Source: Lingula anatina (Eukaryota; Animalia; Brachiopoda). Taken from it: a stretch of DNA of 64,000 nucleotides. Shown here piece by piece: positions 53,630 through 64,000 of the stretch (positions are counted from its first letter, which is position 1; each line of letters starts with the position of its first letter). The stretch is taken from positions 4,402,001 through 4,466,000 of the forward strand of contig CM120649.1 of NCBI GenBank assembly GCA_051362555.1. Direction: 5' to 3'. Made by a program: the position numbers and the translations under genes. The notes under the pieces are model-generated. The model saw only the letters and a list, made by a program, of their open reading frames with translations. It had not been told where the DNA came from and made no database searches.

Positions 53630-54025
53630 CATTGGTCAAAAAAGTTGTCCCACCCTCATTTCCATGTACTTTTATTTACAAATGATCAGCACACAGGTGT
53701 AAATTATATAACTAGTGCTTCTAACATGATTAATGGTTAAAAAAAAAAAAATACAAAATAGTGGTGAAAACAAATACATTTGATATTATTTAGTCAAATT
53801 TATAACAGGTACCCCCTCAAATCCAATGTTTCACTGCTTCACTTTATTAAAACAGAATTATTACCCTTGTTGAAGGATTGTCACGTCATCTACAGGAGAT
53901 AATTACAGGAGATAATTAATTTCGCGGCAGACGTACACGCTATTAGGTTCGTGGCCTTTAGCAAGCACATCCTAATGCTAATTATGTTTAAATTTGGAGA
54001 CATTTGATGACGTCTTTTCAATTTA
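53627..54025 (+). mobile_element. Tc1 family B, internally deleted copy with left TIR
   Basis: 53627-53836 is the inverse of 35430-35656; 53850-54020 is a direct homologue of 35210-35372. Confidence 0.72.
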
Positions 54026-54447
54026 ATAGACACAGATACTATAAATAAAAGAACTGAAATAATTACCATGTGTCAGCACAAGGTGACGTAACTGAAGTAA
54101 TAAAGTGTCGTCAAGCCTACGTAAGTGTCGTCACGCCGTGTTGATAAACGGCTAAAAAACATTTTCAAATAAACCTCCTGACGATCGGGCATTCCTTCTG
54201 GGTATGCCCGTGAAACTCGGAGTCGGGCTTATTACATGTCTCTTGTTATTTATTTATTTATTTATTTATTTTAATTGTGCATAAATGCTCCGGACTGTTG
54301 AGCACTCTGTGCCACACTCACGCTTGTTATATACACATATGCTTTATTTTATTTTATACTTGATCTACTTGTATAACATCTAAAACATAGTACCACTAAT
54401 GGAAATTTTCAATATCGTTACAAGCTACGCAAATATAACTATATATA

Positions 54448-55603
54448 CATAATTGACATTTAATGTGGCATATTTTCTCCAATTCATAATAAATCAGTTT
54501 TTTTTCTCCTATTTTGCTGACTGATAAATGAAAATAAGGATTAAATCGTGTTTTAAAAAACTCTGATAATCTGTTCGATGTCATTGTGACATCAGTTCAC
54601 TAATTGAATTCGCAAGTGAAGTAAACAAAAATACATTGCCAATTTAAAGTCATGCGACAACCATTGAAAGCAATGTTTTGGATCTCCATATTTTCCAAAT
54701 TATCGTCTTTAAAAGAGTTACACGCCCCACAAAGGTCCCTCATGTCAGTGTCTAGTCACAGCAATGGTCCCTGTTACACAAGACCTCATCTTGTTGCTAC
54801 CAGAGCTTTCAAGCGGCAAGGTATTCCTTTCCTTAGAATAGGTTTTTAGAGTTTAATCTGGAATAAAATTCCAGTCAACGGTTAAAACTTGTCCAATTTG
54901 GTTCAGTTTTGTTGTAAGACATGCAGGCCGTTGGTACAGCTAGTAATGACCTACCACATATTGTCTATGTGGTTCAAATATGGCGATTTTGATGACCAAG
55001 GTAACTGCTCATTCCCTTGGTTCTACAATTTATCTGCTGTTAAAAGTGCTCTGTGTGAACCGGCGATCTCATCGTGCGACCTAAAATTGTTCCTAAGGTG
55101 CCTCATATCAGATGATGGTCAAGTGGTTTCCAGAGTATACCTTTATTTGATTTGGTTCAGGTTTTCATCATTGACCAATTAGTGTTTTGGCACCAATGTG
55201 GTTTCCACTCCAAATAGTACTGTGTACAGAGCTTCCGTTTGAAACAATAATCTGTCTGGAAATGTCTGTATTTTTTCGCGCCATTCTGGCACAGCTTAAC
55301 AATTTTATAAAACACTGCTTAACTCATTTTACGCACTGCAAAACAGACTGCTTAGATGCAAAATTTCAAATTCTTCCATACAGTAGTTGCCGACATATGG
55401 ATATTTTTTGACAGAACCATGCTTCATCAAAGCCAAGCTTTGACCAGCCCAAAGGAGCACTAGCTAGTTAAATCACTGCATATTACACAATGCGGCAGTG
55501 CAACTGACTTGCTAGTGAGTTAATAGGTAGCGAAACAGCATACTTCTCCAGTCAGATATCTTACGTGAGATCTCAATTTTTTTGAAAAAAGAACGCATTT
55601 TTA
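54448..55603 (-). mobile_element. Tc1/mariner family A, third copy, internally deleted and missing one TIR
   Basis: Degenerate TIR TA|CATAATTGACATTTAATGTGGCATATTT; colinear with 30677-32290 except for a deletion of roughly 450 bp near 55218. Confidence 0.88.
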
Positions 55604-55609
55604 TAATGA

Positions 55610-55786
55610 TTTTAGAGTCAGATGGACTCCATGAGAGCCAGGGGGTGATTGTCTCTGATAAGAGAGTCTAAAGACTCTGGTAATGGGGTAATTTGACCCT
55701 TATATAGGAGTAAAATTAACTCCACGAGGGTCAAGGGTGCTGGACTCTGACTAGAGAGTCAAATGACTCCAATTTTATTCTCAGTG
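55610..55786. mobile_element. Terminal fragment of a CACT-ended (CACTA/EnSpm-like) element
   Basis: Ends ...TTTTATTCTCAGTG; repeated GAGTC(N5)GACTC subterminal palindromes. Confidence 0.55.
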
Positions 55787-56497
55787 TGTGACTTTGTCCC
55801 TGAATGGCAAGTAACAGGTAAAGGGGTCCTTTTAAACGATAACCCACATGCGCCGAGAATGCTGAGAAAAATGGCAAAAGTAACAAACATTTAAATTTGT
55901 ACGGTGGTGCAATAGATTGCAGTTCAGCAGAACGTAAGGGAAAAGTGGGTTTCTTTTTATAGATTTTACTCGTTGTCTCACCAAACTCACAACTCCTCGT
56001 GCATTATTACCCAACCATTTACTTAACTCCAAAATGGATCGCTTTATTTCATGTTGATTCGTGAAACCTGGGGTTTTTTCCAATTGCCTTACTCCAGTGT
56101 ATATCTAAAACTGGTTTTGCCTGTACAATACACTGTATCGTTTAAAATGCTAAACAGTTCTTCCTTTAAAAATCCCATTCGACAAGCAATGCTGCAGTAG
56201 CTTTACGCCATTGGCCTTAATGTGACTTCGCACATGCTCGGTGGATTTTGGACCTGGGTGGATGTTGGAATGAATGGGCGTAGGTAACCGTTTCTCTGAA
56301 TTAAAATCGTAATTCAAGACTAGGGGTCTTAAAATATCAAATGGAGCACAGCATGAACATACAAAAACCACCCTACTTTCTTAAGGTAAATAGTGTTTTG
56401 TTTAATGCGGCCATCTACGCCTCTTGATCCACGAAATATATTTGAATACCGGTCCAAATATTGTTTGAGTCATTTAAAACCACTTTGATGTAAATTG

Positions 56498-59400
56498 TCA
56501 TTCTCTTTTTTGTACAGTTATCTTCTGAGGAAAGGGAGTGGCATTTATTTCAAACATCATAGGCTCGAAGTTAGGTTGGACATCTGGTGGAAAGCTTACC
56601 CTAAACCGATGAAAAAACAATGCCTGGAAAAGAAACTAATTACTATTCATACCTGTACATGTATATGTAAGTAGTGCACACACGCTATTCATAAATATCA
56701 ATAAAATGTAATATTCACCAAGACTATCTGACGCATTTAAAAGAACAAAACAACACGTACCATGAACATCATGATTTCTGCCATGGCAAGTGCTTCTCCC
56801 ACACATTTCCTTTTGCCACTGCCGAACGGCAACCATGTCTTTGTATCCAATTTTTTCAAGCTGCCATCTTTCTCTAGGAATCTCTCTGGGCTGAAAACCT
56901 CTGGCGATTCCCAGTTTTTCGGGTCATGGTGGATTGCCCATATGTTTGCATAGACAATAGTGTCTTTTGGGATATCGTATCCACCTAAATGATGATGAAT
57001 AAAAAAGGTGTAGCGTCATACCTACGGTGCAGTGCTAACAACATAATACTAGCTAAAGAGGTCAGTATTTGACATGGACAGTAAAATTAATTTTCAGATT
57101 GTCATTCAATAAAAAATGTACTACACGAGAAAAAGTAGGTACTATGTAAGCAAAAGCCGAATGATGCTGTGGAATTCAAATTTATGCAATCGGTGGTCCT
57201 AAAACTTCATGTCATCGCCTGTTTTTATTTTTATTTTTGTCGGATGGGGGAAATTAATTATATATTGATAATGATAGAAAATTCAATAACCCAAGTTTTA
57301 TATGCACGCAAGACAAATTGATGTCTTACCTAATTCAGTGTCACAAAGTGTTTTATGTCTTAAAGCCACTGGGCCCGCAGGGCGAATGCGCATCACTTCC
57401 CTAACAACAGCTTCGCAGTAAGTCATCTTACTTCTGCAGGGACGAAGATCGTCCAAATTGTTTTCTATATGTCACATAAAAAAATGAAGTTCTTTTTAAA
57501 AATACAACAATCGTATGAAGGACATTAACATAATGAGTATATGCACAAATAGTGAAGAACTCATACAAACACTCGTTTTCTAGAACTGTGAAAAATATGT
57601 ATATGTGACCAATAATGTTCACATGTAACTGTAACTGAAATGAAGACAAGAAAGAAGATTTTTTTTACAACGTACCTAGGTCGTCTATCTCCTTGTGAAT
57701 CTTTGTCTGGACTTTTGGATTAGCTGCTACATACATTACCATCCACTTCAACGTGTCGGATGAAGTCACGGTTCCAGCTAGGGGAGATATATGTCTGCTT
57801 AATAATCATCGGAGGCATTGTAATGAATTACATGTTTCATACTGAGCATCGCACACCAACAATAGATGTGCTTTGTACAGAAACATATATTTTCCTTCCC
57901 ATTAAAACCTATCACATGTTTGGTAAGGAAGTAATAAGAAGTGTCTAAGTTAAATTATCAGTGGTGTACCTCATTCTTTCTCCCTGTAATGTTGGTTAAA
58001 AGTGGAGAATAGAAAAAAAAATACACTAATGCTATGGGCAAAGTAAATGTTTTACCACATAATGAGGCTTTTTTTCATGCAAGAAAAACAGATTTTGACA
58101 CTGCGCGGAGGATGGGGTCATACATTGTATGACCTTCACCTCTGAATCTGTGAGTTTATCGTACTCTCCTCTTTGACCAAGAGGGTCACTAGTGGTACCT
58201 TTCGAAAATATGAATCGCCCAAATTTTGTTAACTATCTAGAGACCCGTGTGATATCAGAAGCTACTTTGGTATTGCGATTCCTTTTTAATTACGGAAAAG
58301 GCATCAACTGAGTCGTCTGGAATACCTTCACATACAAAAGCAACTGCAGTTATATGCAAGTATGGCAGTGGTGGATTTAGATTGGGGTCAGGGGGTCCTG
58401 ACCCCCCCCCCCCCCCTTCGATTTCTGGTCCCCTTTTGAAACTAGAAATTTGACTAGCTGAATAATAGTTCTGAAACCGTCAAAATGGCACCATTTGCCC
58501 TCTAAAATACCCCCCTCAAAAAAAAAAAAAAAAAAAAAATGGGGCCCAGAACCCCACGTAGGGTTGGGGGGGGGGGGGAGGGTTGACTTCGCATGCGCGG
58601 ATCCCCCTTCACATTATCCTGGATCCGCCCTTGTATGGATCTAATCGACAAAGTACCAAATACTAGAAGTGCTATATAAATAGTGCAGGTGTGCTATCTT
58701 AAAAATCAACCGTACCAATACATATGTCCAATACGCTTTGCAGGATTCTAGTGTCGGTCAACGACTCCTTGGCGTTCTCATCACTTTCAGGTGTCAGCTC
58801 CTCTTTCAACAGCAAAAGGTGGTCCGTGATGTCTCTTGCGTCACCTTTGAAATAAAAACTGACCATACTTTAAACGCTACTTATTTTCAGTAGAACTATT
58901 TATCACAATTTATATAGTACATTTTGTGAAGTGTTTATATTGGCTACATACAATTAGTAAACTATAAAATAATGATAATAATAATAATAAATTGACTGAA
59001 AATCCCTTCAATTTCCCAGTTGCTTTCTGGTGAATGTTCACTTCAGTAATATTAAATTCAACAGATTACAGGCATTTTGTAAATATATTTTATAAACAGG
59101 TCACGAACCCGTTTTTATAGTTACCTTGTGTTCTTCGAGTTTTACTTTAAAGAAGGCACCCAGTTCCTTCGTAAGTTGTTTTGCCATGAGGGATGATGGG
59201 ATAGGAAATTTTTTCAAAACAGGGGTGACGTCAGAGGGAATGAGTCCTGCCAATAGTTTTTCATAAAGTTCGTCAATTTTGTCCTTTAACCAGGTGAATT
59301 CCAGACTGTCAATTGTGTAGCTGAAAAGGGTAACATTTCATTTCTGAGTTTCGAACAACATCTAAGTGTAGCAGATATTTAATAATCAATTCTATACAAA

Positions 59401-61906
59401 GATTATCCAATGGGATATCATGGATGGATAAATTTACAGATATAATTTATATAATTTCAGATAGCGTCTCATCTTAACCACACGTCCTCTCTATTGTCAC
59501 ATTGGCGACTCTACCGAGACTCTAGTTATAATAGACTAATAAGTACCCATTTGGCACTTAATGATAATTTTTTATTTGACCATTAAGTAACAGATTTCTA
59601 AATAAATATTTAATAATTCAAATAATTTAATAATTTAATAATTTAATAAATATAAACGGCACATTTACGAGTGATTCCATTAGATTTCGGTTTTCCCGTT
59701 ACATATTTTGGATAAGTTGTCAAAATAATGTAGAAACGCACGACGTCTTTTGTTCTACGTAAATCGGTCCCTGGATACTATCAGATAATCAGACTGACAC
59801 ACCCCTTATAAGTGTAATTACCAGTTTTTTCTGTATTCTGCTCATCGCCAGGAGGAGGCGTATAAACATGTGAATCTGCATGCTTTTAGTTAGAAACCCC
59901 ACAGAGTTAGATCGATTTAAGAAGATCGAATGATAGATGCATTTGGAATGAACCCATAGAAAGAAAATCAATTGGTTTTCCACAATCCAATGAAAAAAGT
60001 TACAAGAAGACCGAGTGCGTATCAACCATATAATTTAAGCAGTTATACACCTTTTTCCAAACGCCATCCTGCAGATGATGTTGAAGACAAGTAACCGGAT
60101 GTAAACGTCTAATTCAAACGGCTCGGTCTCCTTTTCAATCAGGTTTGCGACTTCCTCAAAAGCAGACCTCGTGTATGTTTCCAATTTATCTCCCGCCAAG
60201 TAGGTCCTAAATAACGAAACCAATGATAACCCTCTGTGACTATATCTAATGTTTTCATGTGTAACTTACCCTGAGATTGTAATAAACTAGGTCTTCTTGA
60301 CTCCAAAACAACATGTGAAGACTCCCTTGTATTCCTCATACTTGATATATAACGGGTACTTTAAAATATACACGGCACACGGCAGGGCAGAATGGAATAA
60401 TACGGGGCTTTATTCAGGTTTTTCAATCAAGCAATCCATGTAACGCACCAATATAAGGTCAACGTACCTGAGAGCCTTCAAAGTAATCTGTCTCTGCAGT
60501 CTCCAAACTGGACCATAGTTGGCGAAAGTTATATCTTTGAACCCGTCAGTGATAAGCTCAACTTGATTAACATATGGGTAAAGGGGTTAATCAGACGAAA
60601 CAAACCGTGTTTCATCAGCTAAATCTCATTTAAATTACATTTTTCCAAAGCACTGCTGGTGACTTTGAAAACGTACAAACTACAGTTAATTAATTCATTC
60701 CTTTGTTTATGTATTTGATGTGGGAACTGTACGTCATCATGACGTTTTAACTATTATATACATATGATTAACAGTGAGGCATGGGACACGTACACTATTC
60801 TATTCTTTATTTATTATATTCAATAAAAATGCTACTCACACTTCCAGCTCTCAGCATCTCTCCCCGCAAATATCTCTTTCTTCTCAACAAAGGCCTCATG
60901 AACAATATCCGCAGATTTTAGAACAACGACAGAGCGTCCAAATCCTGTGAAGTCAAATCACGTTTAATTGTTAGATTTTATTGCCTTCCAAAATAGATTG
61001 AAAATCGAACAAAGTTATATATACTTCAAAACATTCTAACTGAATTAACATATTCTAACACTGACAACTAATTTAAATGCTGAAATGCTGAAAATAAGCA
61101 TTTTACTTAAACTAATATAAAACATTGTTTAGATATGATAAGTTAATTATCGAAATAAATTTATACCTAAATTCACCGTAAAAATGTCATCAAAGGACTT
61201 CCCGAGCTTATTGAAGACGGCGTACAGTCGACCTTCGTTTCTAAAAGCTGAAATGGTGCACATGTACGAATATAAGGCTAATTTTTCAAATTTGTGTACA
61301 GTATAGATGTGTGAAAGACATATGCCTGATTTAGTACCGGTGTAACGTAACAGAGAGACTGTCCGCTTCCCATTCTTTCGTACAGATAAGCATCGCCCTA
61401 GATTTTGACCCACTTTGGTCAGGCTAACACTATCCATCATAACTACATGGAGGCGGACTCTCTCTTACATGGACACTTAGTTTCGTTACACCGGGTTGGA
61501 AGAGGGCGTGGGAAGGGGGTTATGATGAAACTAATGGGGAATACCCAGTTTAATACAATGTATGTCTTCCCTAGATCTGTCATTTGTAAAAGTATTAAAA
61601 TGCTATTTGGCCTAATCCATATCTCCCTCACTCTGTCTCTCTCTCTCTTGCCAGGAACTCCTTTACTGGGTATTTTCTGACCCTCTAAGATCTTATGTGT
61701 TCTTTACTTTTTCCCATTTACTTGTGTATTTGTCTGGTTTTCAAATATATCTCACCAAAGTAGTGTCCCAGTATCGGCAGATGAGGAGGTCCTGGCGGCA
61801 GTTTGTACTTCTTCCTCTGTAGATATGACATCAACAAAAGGAATACTATGATTCCCACCAAGACAGTTTTCACAGGAAGCCAACTAATTATAGCTGCATC
61901 CATCAT
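56498..61906 (-). CDS. Cytochrome P450, clan 2 (CYP17-like), gene 5; 11 coding exons, 504 aa
   Basis: Exons 61906-61756, 61247-61167, 60944-60840, 60561-60468, 60206-60051, 59320-59109, 58844-58716, 57777-57676, 57464-57330, 56984-56761, 56623-56498 (1515 nt). [37 protein letters not shown]. Confidence 0.96.
58366..58633. mobile_element. MITE, hAT-like, with 5-bp TSD, in gene 5 intron 7
   Basis: Ends CAGTGGTGGATTTAG / CTGGATCCGCCCTTG; TSD TATGG (58361-58365, 58634-58638); absent from genes 3 and 4. Confidence 0.82.
61341..61490. mobile_element. Ginger-like MITE in gene 5 intron 1
   Basis: CCGG|TGTAACGTAAC...GTTTCGTTACA|CCGG; a single CCGG is at the homologous site in genes 3 (25692) and 4 (45589). 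Confidence 0.82.
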
Positions 61907-62879
61907 CCTAAAATCGTATATGTCAACTGTAAAGTTGTCATCTAAATAACGTGTGGTAAAAGCATTTTCCTTAAAACTGTACTTATACCTCCCCTGGAAA
62001 CAAAGACATATATCTCATCATTTCATAAAATATCTTTAAGAGTAACATTTACCCTAGTTTTAACCAAGATTCATCAAGGGTAGTCCAAATACACGAAAAA
62101 TTAATTTCCGACCCAAAACTTCTTTAATTTTAGTAAATATATATGGACTTTTCTCGAACATGAACAGATGTAAAATTCATTTTTTCATCTTTTAAATTTG
62201 TGTTGAAGTCGGTAAAAGTTATCACTACTGTCTACCCTGTACAAGCTCCAATGCTTGCGTAGTGAAGAGTTTCCTTAGGCCTTCAACCACGACCTGATCA
62301 TTTTTCAAGGTTATATACACAAAGGAAACACAATTGGGTCAGTTTCATTCAAAGGGACCCTAAGCGTGATGGTATATTCTCAGTGTGTTAGTTGTACTAC
62401 TGACTGGCCCTGAAAATGGATTGTAGCGCATGCCCGTTTGCAAAATAGTAAGCATTAGAGCACCGAGGTTGTATAACCTGTATTGCATCATAAAGAAGCC
62501 GTCCAAGTCTAGTCACGTACATCAGTTTGTTTACATCAACTGTAAACGGCCTATCAAATTACGTCTAATTAAGGTTATAGCGCCCATCAAATTTGACAGC
62601 AAGACATAAATGTGTACAAGTTATCAGTCGGTGGTTCAGTTAAAATTCCTCTTGCTATTATGATTCGTTTGGGGACTGACCCTATTAATGGTGGGATGTC
62701 CTTCCGATAGGCTCCCAGTTTATTTAAGCTCGCCCATTAAAAAGAAACTCACATGCTCATAAGGACAAAAAAGGAACACGTGTTTCCTACATATATTTTA
62801 TTGCTTTGAGTTGTGTAAGCAGGCAATGTTTTCATTATGTTCAGTGGGCTGCTTGGGTTGTCACTGATCTGTAATCTAT

Positions 62880-63355
62880 TAAAAGAACCACAATTAAAAA
62901 AAGGCAATACGTAAATTGATATACCCTTATTATATAATGACTATAACTCCATATTCGACTAAACTAAAGAGCGATGCGATGCAATGCCACCATGTCAGTT
63001 TTGCACCTTTTCTAAAAGATTGGATATAACACATTTACATAATCCACGTTTATATTGATCATTTTGAAAACAATTTTCTCACCTCTTCTCAATGCCAAGA
63101 CCCTGTTATCACCAGGCAGTACCAATGTTTAAAAGCAACCTTCCCCTTATCCCTCCGGCCCCCACATGCGGGTCTTAATACGTATGTCGCAACATGGGTG
63201 CGCCTGCGTATACATGACCTAAATTGCACAACAGCAAAGTACGTGTGGGTATTTTAATTATTAAACCGGTTTCAAAATTTAAAAACAGCTACTGCATTCG
63301 GTGTTGAAAAGTACTGCTTGCATAACTGATGAAAGAGGCAATGCAGTATATTATT
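62880..63355. repeat. Block B, copy 5, upstream of gene 5
   Basis: Part of the upstream region shared with gene 3 (26761-28490 versus 61907-63355); ATGACCTAAATTGCACA at 63214-63230. Confidence 0.85.
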
Positions 63356-64000
63356 AAGGCCCGTAGGAGGGTTAAATTGCTTTTAAATCACGTTTTTGAT
63401 GCTTTTTTTTGCGTGTTTATAATAATCAAAAAGTATCTGATATTCGATGTAATAATGTTTTTGGGGTTTGCACTGCAAAATGTGTTTTTGATGAGTTTTT
63501 CAACCGGCACGCGCCCCAGTCAGACTGACGACTAAGCCACGCCTCTGTTGCTATGGGCTGTTGCCATGAGGGGCAGAGCAAAGTTAATGAGTTATAAGCC
63601 TATTACGTGTGTGGTAAAAGGTCATAAGTCTTACATCAGCCGAGCAGTGAAGAAGTCCAGTACAATATGGGGAAGAGAAAAGTTCGTTTGTAAGCAAAAT
63701 CAATAAAGAAAAGAAAAAAGAGACCGGTAACAATACTTTTGGGTCCTAATTTTGGCGATATATATCGGCGAGCGTATCTGGACAAGTTACGAAACCGTAA
63801 ATGTTCGACGCCGTTTCAAAAACGTATTTTGTTGGCTGTATTTTTCACGCAACATAGAATCTATTGATTAAAACTCATATTGACAAAAATTAGTTTTATT
63901 CTCTTTCTATGAATATATTAAGAAGCTTGAGAGACACGCGAATGAATTTTGATGGGAATGGCTAAATGAGAGATGTTCAAACGAGGGTTGATTTGAAAAA

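Noticed and set aside
31185-55411. Similar ORFs at 31185-31696, 39767-40240 and 54889-55411 suggesting a novel repeated gene
   Set aside because: They are antisense frames of the decayed Tc1 family A transposase.
8014-56953. Recurrent antisense ORFs such as [23 protein letters not shown] (8150-8500, 11997-12236, 22704-22913, 38017-38208, 42243-42488, 42770-42979, 56762-56953)
   Set aside because: They are reverse-frame shadows of P450 exons; their recurrence follows from exon paralogy.
20601-61906. Genes 3-5 as uncollapsed alleles of one locus
   Set aside because: Three copies with many amino-acid differences, distinct decayed TE insertions and different spacers fit true paralogues better; long-read confirmation would still be useful.
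3371-61906. Assigning the symbol CYP17A1 or a specific steroidogenic or saponin function
   Set aside because: The 11-exon structure and I-helix differ from vertebrate CYP17A1; orthology and substrate need phylogeny and assays.
18629-63416. XRE-like TTGCGTG motifs upstream of genes 2, 3 and 5 (18629, 28159, 63409)
   Set aside because: Short motif at non-homologous positions, not conserved between block copies; compatible with chance.

Overview
AT-rich, intron-rich animal genomic DNA; the repeat landscape suggests a marine invertebrate, possibly an echinoderm, but the taxon cannot be established from the sequence. The window holds a cluster of five paralogous microsomal clan-2 cytochrome P450 genes (CYP17/CYP1/CYP2-like). 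Gene 1 is on + (3371-8921), tail-to-tail with four tandem minus-strand genes (11411-17116, 20601-26760, 37735-46004, 56498-61906). I traced all 11 coding exons of each gene by hand. All have GT-AG junctions, matching intron positions and phases, and open frames of 508 aa (gene 1) or 504 aa. The notable points are: (1) all five lack the conserved I-helix acid of the acid-alcohol pair (AGVLT, AGTQT, AATVT, AGTVT, AGTVT) and have an acid four residues later; (2) the substrate-recognition sites vary between paralogues; (3) there are apparent gene-conversion tracts; (4) gene 4 has lost the upstream region shared by genes 3 and 5; (5) a non-coding block with an invariant RORE-type motif occurs five times. 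Introns and spacers carry decayed Tc1, Harbinger, L2 and CR1-like relics and many MITEs, several with TSDs and empty sites in paralogous sequence. No RNA genes, CRISPR arrays or other host genes were recognised.
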